A stretch of 64,000 nt of DNA, taken from assembly GCF_009914755.1 (NCBI RefSeq), contig NC_060934.1; one strand, 5' to 3'. The position numbers were made by a program, and so were the translations under genes. This DNA comes from the human T2T-CHM13v2.0 reference genome, Homo sapiens. The notes under the pieces were generated by a model. The model worked only from the letters and a program-made list of their open reading frames with translations. It ran no database searches and had not been told where the DNA came from. Positions 12,382 to 24,884 of this stretch are shown here, piece by piece. Position 1 is the first letter of the stretch. The number at the start of each line of letters is the position of its first letter.

Positions 12382-12417
12382 ATCATTTCTCAGCCTTTTG
12401 GCTAAGATCAAGTGGAG
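12382..12417 (+). pseudogene. U2 snRNA 3'-truncated retropseudogene (U2 nt ~1-36)
   Basis: atcatttctcagccttttggctaagatcaagtggag versus U2 ATCGCTTCTCGGCCTTTTGGCTAAGATCAAGTGTAG, 32/36 identical. Flanked by the direct repeat gatttagcctg at 12371-12381 and 12417-12427. Confidence 0.93.
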
Positions 12418-13316
12418 ATTTAGCCTGGCTCCCAGGATCTCACCTATGATTTCTGGCATCTAGAATCTTATTTATGAATCTGACTTCAGCGGGTCTTCGG
12501 AAATAATTGTTCCTGGTTCTTTCTTCACCACATAGCTCGGTGGTATTTAATCTATTTAGAAGCAGAATCTTTAACTTAGTTAAGTCATACATGTAACCAC
12601 AAAATATAAAACAGTAAAGAGCGTTTCTGTGAAAACACGGGAGCCCAAAGCCTCCTCCAACAGGCCTCTGAGTCATGTCTGAAGGACCTATGACCTCCAT
12701 TAATCCCTCCAGAGGAGCACTGAAGCAGTGGATCCCCCTTAACTTAGCATAATAACCAGGTTTATTTGAGAGTCAGCTCCCCTTATCTAACAGAACTCTT
12801 TTCTCTGCACGCAGCTACCCATAGCCCAAGCTCTCCTGACCCACTGTGTGGCTCTCTCAATTTGAGGGTAATTCAGAGAAACATAGCAAACAATCTCTTA
12901 ATAAAAGCCCAGAGTCCCATGCACTGAAATATAGTCCTTAGTAGAATCACAGGGGGTACACATGAGCTATTCATATTTTCACAAATTTCCTAAGTGAGCA
13001 AGATGCTACCTAATTTGAGAATCATTGCTATAAAGGACATAGATGGTCACAGATTCCTAAACTCCCAAATTGAAGGAAACAAACTCACTCTTAAGCATTT
13101 GAAGATGGGTATGTAACAACTACCTTTGAAAGTAAGACTGAAAATTGATAACTAAAAACTATATTATACAGAAAACTCAAAGTGCATAGAGAATCATCAA
13201 CATCCCAATAAATTGTTCATGTGGGGACTGTTTTCTAAACATCAAGTTAGCTTGATTTTCATCTCCAAACACCATAAATTTTATTTTAGTTGGTGTTTAC
13301 ACTGCAGTATCATTCA

Positions 13317-13498
<182 letters not shown>

Positions 13499-13539
13499 TC
13501 AGTGTTAGTACTTTGAAAAAAAATTCAAGAGGAATGTTC

Positions 13540-13815
13540 TTCCCCGCTCCTTCTTATTTAGTCTAAATAATTATATCCTTATAGAGACTTTCCTCAACCA
13601 CTGAAACTAGAGTAGCTAATAAGTCACTTGCCATCATATTAAAGTGCTTTCTGTGTGCCATTTATTCCTATATGTTTTCATGTTTATTTGCATGCTTAAT
13701 TATTTATTACTTGTCTCCACTTCAAAATTTGTTCCATAACACAGGGAATTTCTTTGTTTTCCATCATGTACCTAGTATATGTTGGTCCATAATAAATATT
13801 TATTGAATGAGTACA
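13540..13815 (+). mobile_element. L2 3' end
   Basis: Ends in aataaatatttattgaatgagt; ttgtctccact...ttccat motif. Confidence 0.6.
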
Positions 13816-14859
13816 TGAGCTAATTAAGTGAGCCCTCACTTTTATCCTCCATAAACAGACTTCTTTGGGGAAAGGCATGACAAGAAGAAAGTTCTCTCAA
13901 CTCCAGTTTAACTCCAAATCTCAGGTAATCAACTTCCCCACACTCCATTTCCCCCTTGAAGCTGGATTATTTTAGATTTGAAGATGGCATCTCACTCCCT
14001 GATACTCTGAAAGAACTAAAAGTCGCACCAGTACCTGGCCATTTGAATGACATATGACATTATTGGAAAATTAATAATTGGGTCAGCAAGTCTTGGGAAG
14101 AAGAGAAAAGGAAACAATATCATTTCTTTGTCTTCAGATCTCGATATTTTGTGTGATGATTTTTTCCCTTTTAATTGTAAATTGTCGACTCAATTCTGTA
14201 GTTTGAGGGAAATCATGCAAATGTTATGCTTCATTTTCCCTCTAATAACTCAAAATAATTATTCACTGGCAGAAACACAGGCTTAGCAGTACATGAAATA
14301 ATACAGAATCAGGTCTCATTGCATATGTAGAAGGTCCAATTTAGGCAAAAGTTATTTCTAGCAATGCATGATTCTGAATCCTCAATGGCCACATTTTGGA
14401 TGTTCTTAAACTTAAGGATCATTTTCCTATCTTTTTAAGCAGATATAAGGGTTAGCATGATAGAAATTGCTATAATAGGTGAACAATATTGATTTGCACA
14501 TACACTCTGCGTCTGTGAGAAAGAGTGGTTTGCATAGTAAATGTCTTTCAGAAGATTCCATTTTGGAAATTGTTGATTATGTATTCATGCATTTCATTGC
14601 ATGGGGAAAGATTCTGTTAGAATTGTTCAGAAATATCCCAATGCATATGGTATGTTTTTTGCAACATTATAGATTATTTTCAATGCATAAAATGTATAGA
14701 GTGTATGTTTTGCTTAATGTTCAATCACAGATTTATATAAATCACCTAATTTAAAATACGTGAAAAGTTGGTTAAGGAAGGTATTTACCAAACTATGCTT
14801 TTATAGCATTAATGTTCTGCTAATGTTAATAGGAGTTGGCTGTAAATGGTCAAATCAAT

Positions 14860-15000
14860 GTAAGAAACTCTGGGTTAAAGTGTTAAAAAAGTTTCCTTCA
14901 CTGTAAGACTTTCATACAACCTTAACTATGCCAGTAGGTATTGTAAATATTCAAGCCAAGTACAAAGTTTGCAACATTTATCAAACTTACACCAAAGACA
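14860..15000. mobile_element. MER103-like hAT MITE fragment
   Basis: ctgtaagactttcatacaaccttaactatgcc ... caacatttatcaaactta resembles the recalled MER103C consensus. Confidence 0.45.
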
Positions 15001-15021
15001 ATTTTCTTTTTCAAACAACAG

Positions 15022-15588
15022 TGTATTGATTATGCTTTTTATTTTCTGTGTCTTATGAGGCTTTGACATTTTGGAGCATCTTACTAATCCTGGAGAGACT
15101 GCCCCTCCCAGAGCTAATTCCTACAGATAGTAAACAACTCGCCTGTGAACACACCTGCCCTGTACAAACCAACCACTCCAAAGCTCACACTGCCAGCCAC
15201 CCCCTTCATCTAACTCACACAGCAAGGCAATATTTCCCTGCCCTAAATCGCTCCAGCGCCAGGTACTGGATGACAAAGGACGCCTCCCCTGTCACTGTTT
15301 GATAGCTCAGAGCTCACTGAAATTATTTAAACTAGCCAGTTTTAAACCTGCTCAGCTGCTTCACCTGCCTGGCCCCTTCCTTCCCATGAAAACACAATAA
15401 AGGCGCTGGACCCTGTTTTCTCCTCCCTTCTTCTGCCTCCTTAAAGAGCCGGGTACTTCCTCATGTGGCTGGTGTGTCCCCTTCTCTTAGAAACCATAAG
15501 TGGTAAAAACTTTTCTCAACGGCTTTTGCTTCTCCGTGTTGCTTCTGTCACCTTTACAAGTTACAGTCTCACAGGTACAATCTAAACA
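15022..15588 (+). mobile_element. ERVL-class solo LTR (MER74-like)
   Basis: Starts tgtattgattatgctttttattttctgt. Contains ctggagagactgcccctcccagagctaattcctacagatagtaaac and an internal AATAAA (cacaataaaggc). Confidence 0.8.
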
Positions 15589-15646
15589 AATGTTTGGTAA
15601 ACAGTTCAGTCCACACTGGCAGAATACCAAAAAAAAAAAAAAAAAA

Positions 15647-15845
15647 AGCATAGACTTTGGAGTCAAATGGGTTCAAATCAAACTCTGTTTCTTAGGACCT
15701 AAAATGTCATGGGATGACCTCTCCAAATATCTATGTCCTCATTTATAAAATAGAGAGAAAAACAATTCCTCTGAAAGCACTTGGAAGATTTCATAGTGAG
15801 TTGGGCTAAGCATAACACAGTTCCTGGTAGCACATAGGAGTCCAC
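15647..15845 (+). mobile_element. MIR
   Basis: agcatagactttggagtcaaatgggttcaaatc ... cctcatttataaaatagaga ... acagttcctggtagcacatag. Confidence 0.7.
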
Positions 15846-16254
15846 TGGGTATGTAAATACATGATTAGTCTGTAAATTGAGGAATGCACAAACCGAAGGG
15901 TGGGTAAAATGTTCTATTAGCCAATTATTATCTCCAAGATCTGAAAATGTCCCCTTTCTTTGCCTATAATATAAATCAACCAGTTTACTTAAGAAAATTT
16001 TAAGATTGCTGTCTGTGTCTTTAGTTTTGCTTAACCTTAATTTAGCAGTGAAATAAAGACAGCAGTCAGATCTCTCTATGATCAATTTTATTTTCTAAAC
16101 TTTCTGTCTACCAGGCTGGTGTCCAGTCCAGTGAGAGGCTGAAAGGAGGACTCTGAAAATGCAGCAAATTGAACAACGCAAAATATTCTGTAAAGAAAAT
16201 CAGTTTAATCCTTAACTCTACAAGTTAAAAAATTGTATTCCTCTTGCAGAAAGC

Positions 16255-16744
16255 CTGCTTGCCTGCCTGCCTTCCTTCCTTCCCTCCTTCTCTCTCTCTC
16301 GTCTCTCTCTCATCTCTCTGTGTCTCATCTCTCTCTCAACTCTCTCTCGTCTCTCTCTCTCATCTCTCTCTCTCCCATCTCTCTCTCTGTCCCTCTCTCC
16401 CTCCCTCCCCTGCTTTCTCCCTCCCTCCCTCCCCCACTTTCTCCCTCCCTCCCTCCCCCACTTTCTCCCTCCCTCCCTCCCACCTTCTCTCTCTCTCTCT
16501 CCCCCTCCCTCCCCCCTCCTCTCTCTCTCCCTCCCCCCTCCTCTCTCTCCCTCCCTCCCTCCCCCCTCCTCTCTCTCTCCCTCCCTCCCTCCCCCATTTA
16601 TCTCCCTCCCTCCCCCTCCTCTCTCTGTCTCTCTCCCTCCTCCCTTCCCCCCTCCTCTCCCTCCCTCCCCCCTCTCTCTCTCCCTCCCTCCCCCCTCTCT
16701 CTCTCCCTCCCTCCCCCCTCCCCTGCACTCTTGTCTCACTCTCA
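16255..16744. repeat. ~490 bp CT-rich polypyrimidine/polypurine tract
   Basis: (CCTG)n, then (CCTT), (CT)n and (CCCT)n blocks, including ~3 copies of the 24-mer ctttctccctccctccctccccca at ~16413-16482. Confidence 0.97.
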
Positions 16745-17028
16745 TCTCACTCTCGTCTCACTCTGTCACCCAGGCTGGAGTGCAGTGGTGCAATCTTGGC
16801 TCATTGCAACCTCTGCCCCCTGGGTTCACGCGATTCTCCTGCCTCAGCCCCCCAAGGAGCTGGAACTACAGGCACATGCCACCATGCCCAGCTAATTTTT
16901 GTATTTTTAGTAGAGACGGAGTTTCACCATGTTGGCCAGGCTGGTCTCAAACTCCTGGACTTAAGTGATCCACCCACCTCGGTCTCCCAAAGTGCTGGGA
17001 TTACAGGCATGAGCCACCACACCCTGCC
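16745..17028 (-). mobile_element. Alu (AluS)
   Basis: Full dimer body. The tail position is occupied by the CT tract. Confidence 0.95.
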
Positions 17029-18910
17029 AGAGAGCTTTTCAACTAAAGTACTTGTGGCTTTTCAGTCGGTTAGGAATACAAGCCTAGCCCCAGTCAATGT
17101 GGAGCTGGTCATGTGTGCACATTTTAATAACCAAAAATGTTAATGTGGCTTTCAATAGATGATGAACCTAAAAATTAAACATACCAAATAAAATACTATC
17201 AAATCACACAATGACATTCTTAATTAGCACAACTAATAATTAGGCAGTATATCTACCATCCTGGATATGGACTTTATTTTAAAATCCTGCATTCTATATC
17301 AGCCCTGAAGAAGAGGATATTTTCCAATGAAAATATCCCTTTTGTTGAATTTCTCTTTTCAGATAGCTTCTGGATAATGCTTTATGAGCAGCTTGTACTT
17401 TATATCTCTTTATGTACTCTTTCTGATGCTACCAGGAATTGCCCTCTAGGGATGCTCTGACATTTCACTGGGGCAGCCCAGTAATATTTTTTTACATGAT
17501 CTGCCAAGGGGATTGGCCTTACAGAAGAGTCAACTCCTCATTCAGGGATTGATAATAGATTCAATTACATTGCCTACCATTTCTGATCATTATTGCTAAG
17601 ATAAAATTCATGTTGTTACAGTATAATCTTGATTAAAATGTTTAAGGCAGTGATGAGTAATGCCAAGGACCCGCAATTAGAAGGCGTGATCGTCCAGAGG
17701 TGACAGGTGTTCATAGCATTGTTCAACAGATGCTCTTCTCTAATAAACAGTTCTACTCATTTTTATTTTAGCATCCTATGTTAGCCTTTTCCAGTTTGGT
17801 TTGCAGTGGGAAGCACCTGTACACATATAAACTTTTAAGCCCAGGATATTGCTTTTCATCTCAAACAAGTCTTTTGGTTACAAGTGTGAACAATCAGACA
17901 AATACATGCAAGGCTGCCATTCACAAAGCAGTCCAATGGATAATTCCTCTTAAGAAATGTGAGGAAAATGGTGTCATTCCCCATGCAGGGAGAGAAAATA
18001 ATCTCTGCTCTATTTGTGGCACTAGCAGCTTTATATTAACAATGTTCACAGTGCATCTACCTCATGAGATGTTATGAGGGTGAATACAACCATTTTTGCA
18101 GAATGCTTTGTGTTTATATAGCACCTCTTCCCAGAATACTCCTGGGAGGGTTGCAGTGATTGTCACTGGATTTAACTGTCTCTATCCTATCCGTTCCTAA
18201 AATAGGCATGAAAGTGCAAAACAGAGCCCTACAACATCATTATAATCAGGATAAATCGAAAGCTTACTTGTGTTAAAAATAATAACTGACAATTACAATG
18301 TGGAGAAATACAGGAGAGGAAGTGAAATCACCCCTGTATTCATCAAAGTTTGTGATCAGAAACTTTTACATTCTATACTCAGCAGTCATGTCAAGAAAGA
18401 CCATTTTCCAATGAGTTAATTGCATGCATCAGAGCATGGAGTAGAATTAGAATCATGGAAACATAGAATAATGGCATTCAGATATTGAAGAAATGCTACA
18501 GCCTCTCCAGTAGTATGTTCTTTATTCTCCCGGAAATGTCAATGAGGCTCCAAGAGCCTGTGGTAGAGGTGGAAATGGTGGTCTTCATTCTCAAGCTTCT
18601 AAATCTAGACTGGAAAAAGCACTAAGGAAAACAATCAACAGATAATACAAACACCAGTAAAGAACTCCAACCTTTTCCTTTTCTCACTGGTTAATTAAAC
18701 CCACACAGGAATGCAAGTGCACATAGAAAGGCTTAGAAACTGGCCCCATAATGATTTTAATACCATGATTTAATTTGTGATCTAGAGAGAGCAACTGCTA
18801 AACATCAGAGCTCAAATGAGTCTTCTCTAATAAATTGCATTTTTTGTCTTCATACAAAAGTAACTTTTACATTTTACACCATTGCATGCTATTTACTATT
18901 CATTATACAG

Positions 18911-19152
18911 CAGGTTGAGTATTCCGTATCTCAAAAGCTTGGGACCCAATGTGTTTCAGATTTTTGGCCTTTTATTATGGGGAGAGTTTTGTCATATTTG
19001 CATTATACTTACCTGATTGAGCACTCCAAACCTGAAAATCTGAAATCTGAAAAGCTCCAATGGGCATTTCCTTTGAGCGTCATGTCAGTGGTGATCAAAA
19101 CGTTTTGAACTGTGGAGCATTTTGGATTTTCAGATTTAGAATGCTCAACCTA
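18911..19152. mobile_element. Tigger4-derived MITE (MER46/Tigger4a-like), opposite orientation to 2337-2583
   Basis: TIRs caggttgagtattcc ... gaatgctcaaccta; internal ctgaaaatctgaaatctgaaaagctccaatgggcatttcctttgagcgtcatgtc. Confidence 0.85.
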
Positions 19153-20351
19153 TATTGGATTTTGAAAAGTAATCTAGATAAACATTCTTGGGTTTGTTGT
19201 CCTGGAGTTTGTACCCTAACTTAGGAAGCCATTGACATGTGTTAAAAGCAGAAGGATCTAATGATGATGGAGAAGACTCAGTCCACTAAAGGTCAGGAAA
19301 GGCAAAAAGGGAGCAGAGAGGAATTACTATAAAAAGCTCAAAGCAGCAATTTGACATTTATCTTCCTATCCCATCTCTTCATTCCCCTAGTATAAAATTA
19401 AATTTCCCTGTCCATCGTGTATGCCTAGGGGTGTGTTTCACTTGCATAGAGAATGTAGAAGCATTTTATGCTTAAAGGTATCAGGACAAGTAGACATGTT
19501 TCAGAATAGACATCTTGCTGGCTTCCTATGATTTCTGTGATGGCTCTCAGCAAATGGGGATGCTGCAATGTCTTCTTTTGTCCTTTCAAGACAGCTCTTC
19601 TTGGATCGTGTATTCTACTTTGTTACTATTATTATTAGATATTAGTTGCCAATGTTTTACTTATAGCACAGTTGTAAAATTTAAATTGTAGAATGGCCAA
19701 GTGGCCACGTCAGAGGTCAGAGCAGCATGAAGGCTGGGAGGTTATTTACAATCAAAAGCTTCCCTCTCTTAAGTTACATCTCAGCCATTTACAAAGCCAA
19801 ACAGCAGCCTGGTTGATTTTGTCTTGCATGGATTGGACTGGTTCTAAAGCTTTGTACATTAAATCCCAGGAATTTTAAATCAAACACACTACAGTATGTT
19901 TTTCTGCATTATTAACTGTGGATAGTTTTACCCTGGCTTTTTCATGACGTCCATGACCCCATCCTTCCATTGGGTATTACAATATCGCCTGTGAAAAGAA
20001 AAAAATGCTTTGACTCTTTCTTCACCTTTGGAAGTTTCATAACCAAAACCTTATACTTTGATGCATATTTGAGAAGATGTTGAAATTATACTAGACAATT
20101 TAACTGGTAAATTCCAGTGGAATTGTTAAGAAATAATATATCCACATTTATACCAAATTAATGCATCACGATTAAAGGTCTTAAAATGAATACCAAATGA
20201 ATTAGTAATGGTGGTCTTTGTGCTTAACCCTTTAAATTGTATAAAAATATATCTGTATCAAATAGTTGAACATAAGAATGAGAAATTGAAGTTAGTAGTA
20301 TTTGTAATCCAAAGATTGCAAATGTTATTAGGGTTCTTTTGTTTAATAATG

Positions 20352-20400
20352 CATAATCATTACATAATCATTATGTGATCATTACATGATTGTTACATAA
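20352..20400. repeat. Degenerate 11-bp tandem repeat, ~4.5 copies
   Basis: cataatcatta cataatcatta tgtgatcatta catgattgtta cataa. Confidence 0.8.
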
Positions 20401-20699
20401 AAATGTAACAGTGAAAGCCAATATATTATTAATGGAATGAGCTAATTTCAACAGTTCATGAGAAAACAAAAGTCCCCAAAGTGAAAATAAACTTGTCATG
20501 TTCTATAACCATAAAACATTAATTTTGATAAATCAAATGTAACTAACTTGATTTATAATTTATTTTGAAGTATTAGTTAAGGATATCCTTATTATATTGC
20601 CTTTTCAATGCAATCTAATGGAGTAGTAATCCCAATCCTTATTTGGAAATCAATATAGCGATGAAAACAAACGACTGAACTAGTGAAAGAGTTGAAAAC

Positions 20700-20920
20700 A
20701 TGAGTCAGACAAATCAAACTTCAAATTCTAGGAGAGCTACTTGTTCTGTGACCTCATCAGATTATTTAATTTCCCTATGTGTCAGTTTCCTCATCTGCAA
20801 CAAAGAAGCTGGAAATACTTGCCTGATAGACTTGTGTTCATGGACAGAAGAGGTGATTTGTGGAGAATGCTTAGCATACCTGGTACCTAGCTGTATTGAA
20901 TCTTTATTCAGTATTAGCTA
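20700..20920 (+). mobile_element. MIR
   Basis: ctgtgacctc ... ctatgtgtcagtttcctcatctgcaacaaag ... tgcttagcatacctggtac. Confidence 0.7.
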
Positions 20921-23900
20921 TAACTTATAAGCTACAAAAACACTTCATGTGTATTTGCTCACTTAATCATGTATTTTACTAATATCTTCCTCATTTTATA
21001 GACAAGAAACTAATGCACAAGGAGATTAATTGCTCAAGAAATGGCAGGTATTATTATTACCATATTTCTACACTTTTATTCTCTTTTCTACTCTTTCTCA
21101 ACAGAGATTTGTTTGTATAATGATGGTATTAAGAAACATAACAGGTATAGCCTTAAAAACTGATAACATTAATTTGACATAGCAAATTAACGTAGATGTT
21201 AAACTGAAGTACATTCATTATCAAATCTTTCCATTCTTTTCCTTCAAGGTTTGAAAAACCGTATAACCAATGCAAGAAGGAGCTTGGGATCAAAATCCTG
21301 ACTCCAAAATCCCCAACAGAGACACAAAGAACAACATGTCTGAACACCCTCCTCTACTGAAAGTGGCAAAATTTAGAGTAGGGAATGGTGATAGTGGCCA
21401 GCTTAATTTCCTCCAAGCAAGGCTATGGAGAATCTTCCATTAAATATCAATGTAATTTCAGCGAATGCGGTTCTGATACACATCTCAAACACCCAGCCCT
21501 GTAAAGTGCTGTCAAGAAGCTCTAGACATCTCACTGATGAACATTTTCACACCAACTTCTTCACCAAAAAAAAACTTCCCATAACCTACACCCTACAGAA
21601 CTTAATACTGAAGGATAATAATGACTCAACCTAACAAAAATGAAACCTCACTTCTCTAAAGGATTTTTCTTAGAGAGTCCAGATATGTTAGTCCTGTCGT
21701 CACCTTCATCCAGAAGGACAAACAGCCCTGGGATTTCCAAATTGTAACTGGAACAGTGCTGGTACATTTGTAGCATAATGAGAGTCTTCATCACTGATAA
21801 TTTTAAAACTAGACTACATTTTTCAGTGTCAGCTCCGTCTAGTACTGATTGTTTTGGCAGTGTCCGATCATATTGTATTTTTCATGTTTCTTCATTTCTT
21901 AGTGTTATTTAATCATTTCAATTAGTTCTCCCATTTGTTCACATAACTCAGTGAGTATACGGTGTATATTAGAAATGAATTCAATTTTGATTCTTATATG
22001 TCAGTCAAAAATAGCAACTGCAACTACAGATGATTGCTTAGGCATGAGAGACCTATACTTTGGGGCAATGCTTTGGATTTTTAATATTCTGGAGCAATTT
22101 TATAAAGTAGTCCATTAATTATTTGAGAGTGATGTGTGCTAATATATCCTGTGTGGCCTATCCTTAAAACAAAACGTGACGAAAATCAGCAAAATGGTAA
22201 GATTTCAGGTGGAGTTGACAATTTCAAGCAAACAACCTCATGAACTCTAGAATTCCAGAAAAATAACTTTTCCATTCACATTTTTAAATTAAGAATCTAT
22301 GTGAGTACAGGTTTGGGGGGAGGGTGGGTGGATTTCTATGCATCATGCAGAAGGAACACATATTTGTGTAACTTACAGAGATTCAGATGTCAGAAGGAAA
22401 GATGCAGAGTACTTTATGGCATGACTAACATAAACCTTTGTTATTTATCTGAAACATCACATTTGATTATTCTTCCAGTAAAATTCTCTGGAATGTCATG
22501 GGGGAAAAATCACTCCTATCATGTCATAAACTAATGACAACTAAAATACCATTTGTAACAGTAACAGAACTCTTTAGGCTTGCCTAAATATCAGATTTTG
22601 CCTAAATACCAGATTTAGGCCAATTTTGCCTAAATTAGAAACAATCCTATTATTCGAAGAGATAGGAAATGAAAAACTACAGTTGGAAATTTGGTTTTAA
22701 GGCTTGCAAAATTGTCATGAGCAGAAATCACTGTTTTCCTTTATCACATGGCATCTGCCAAGTCTGCCTAATGTGATTCTGTGGAAAATGCCTTTGTCCA
22801 GGAATGTCTTATTATGGTTACTTTTTTGGACTTCATTCAGCCAAATGCACTAAAGGATATTCACTGCAGAGTCAAACCTGTCTGTGATGATTTTGGAGGA
22901 AAAGGGGTATTTTTAAAGAGGCAAAAGTGCCCTCTCTGTCATCCCAGAGATTATCATTTATAATCTAATCTATCTGGTTGGGGGGGGTGGAGCATGTGCA
23001 CAATAGGCTGGAAATTATTCACAGATATTAATGTAAACACAGGTACACACACATTACATAAAATAAAGAAGAGCAGAAAAAAGTGAAGAACATAGGGATA
23101 TGAGGATAGGTTACAAATGAGCATAAGCCCCTAGACTGGGAGTGGTCATTTCTTTCCCCATGTCTAAACCCTGCTAAGTAAACAGCCTTCTTCCCACATG
23201 AATACCAAGATAAAAAAGGTTGACCCAAATTGCCCAAGGGAGTTAATAATGGCTACTTCGGATTAAAGACAAGCTTCTATACAAATGGAAGAGTTTTACA
23301 GCCAGAGATATTTCACCTCCAAAAGATGTCAAACTACAAATGAGAAGGTCACATAAAAACAGCATTAGAGGAGCAAATGGTATGAAGTTTTCACTTAATT
23401 GGTTATTGTTTCCCAGTGACTATTGTAAGAAAAACCACTACTATATAAATGTCTGTAGGGAATGGACTAAGGAAAACTTAAATCTGATCGCAGCTAGAAA
23501 ACCACTGATTCCTCCTCCTCTGAACCAGCTTAGCTCCCTCAAGGTCAAAGTTAGAGGAACTTACTTGGCAAAGAGGTTTCCCTAGCAAAGCACACAAATG
23601 ACTCTAGGTACTTCAATCCAGCCCCTTTCACTGACATTAAAATCTATTCAATATATTTTTTTCAGTGTGTTTCAAAAACTTCATCCAGACACACTGAATA
23701 GATGCAGAATTGTCTTGCACAGAAATTATACTTGTTTGCATAGCATATCCATTCTAAAATATGACTAAATGAGGTTTCCTGCAGTATGTGCACTAGAAAT
23801 AGTTTTGAATTCATTTGGTGCTCTTTGCCTCTTGCTCTTTGGTATCTTCAGGAAGATAATCTTCATTCTAATTGTTCTTACAAACATACGCTGGCAGCCC

Positions 23901-24740
23901 TGTGTTTTCCTAAATATGGGTGGCTCCTGGACTGTATAGCTAATCTTAGGGTTTTCTCAGCTCAACTGCATGAAGCCCATTGTTACAAACTGTGGGTATT
24001 AATTTTCTTACTTTCATGATGGAGCATTCATGAATTCTTTTAGAATGTGAATTCCTATCTCTAATCTCTGAAACAAAAAGTTTGTGTTGCATTCAAACCC
24101 AAAGCCAGTGAAATCTTTGTGCTCAGTTAAATAGTCAATTCAGTTAAGCCACATTGACAAAAGTGGTTCATCTAGCTGGTGCCAGTAACCAGCTAGTTGT
24201 CTATGTCTTTCTTGTCCTGACTTTCTCCACCACGTCTAAAGAACATCTTTTTAACTGCATTTGTTGTTACATACAAGCCCAAATGATCGTCTTTTCATAA
24301 ACATGATCTTTTCTTATACATGAGATCCTTTTTTGCCAGGTCTTTTTTCCTTTCTTCTTGAATGCCCCATCCCTCTCTTTCCCACTTTCCCATTTTCTTA
24401 CCCCTCTTCCTCCCGTCCTCTCACTTCTTGTGCTATTCCATTCTCCATCCCTTCCCAGTTAACTCAGTAATTTAGGATTTATTCTATTTTTAATTTTCTT
24501 TCATGTCAGAGACTAGTTATTGGTGATGCCAGATCACCAACATCATTAAGCACTTGACTGTACTTCTCTAAAAATCTCTGCAGTTCATCCTCTGTCCTCT
24601 TCCACAACAGACAGCCTCTGATCACATCTCCATCTCTAATCCGTTTGCACAACAGCTCAAATCCAGCCTTGCCCCTCTTTTCCATTCTCCTCAGAGCAGG
24701 AAATGAGTTCTCTAAACCAAGCTGATTAGTCTGTCTCTCC

Positions 24741-24884
24741 AGGATAGCAATAGGAGATATACCTAATGTAAATGATGAGTTAATGGGTGCAGCACACCAA
24801 CATGGCACATAGATATATATGTAACAAACCTGCACGTTGTGCACATGTACCCTAGAACTTAAAGTATAATAAATATATATATAT
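24741..24884 (+). mobile_element. L1PA 3' terminal stub (~130 nt) with (AT)n tail
   Basis: ggatagcaataggagatatacctaatgtaaatgatgagttaatgggtgcagcacaccaacatggcaca ... gtaccctagaacttaaagtataataaa is the primate L1PA 3' UTR end. Confidence 0.93.

Noticed and set aside
12382-12417. Functional U2 snRNA gene
   Set aside because: Only ~36 of ~187 nt are present, with no Sm site, and it is flanked by a TSD.
16218-17143. Long ORFs of 122-299 aa on both strands
   Set aside because: They result from a stop-free CT/GA low-complexity tract running into an Alu. The peptides are S/L/P or G/R/E runs with Alu-derived tails.
17315-17338. 10-bp inverted repeat ggatattttc-caat-gaaaatatcc
   Set aside because: An AT-rich 10-bp arm with a free spacer is expected by chance in 64 kb.
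17438-17454. CTCF-like motif (also near 42110 and 49335)
   Set aside because: Only the 3' half of the core matches, which is not supportable without ChIP data.
23661-23698. 10-bp inverted repeat with an 18-nt spacer as a pre-miRNA or terminator
   Set aside because: The stem is too short for a pre-miRNA and the match is at chance level.
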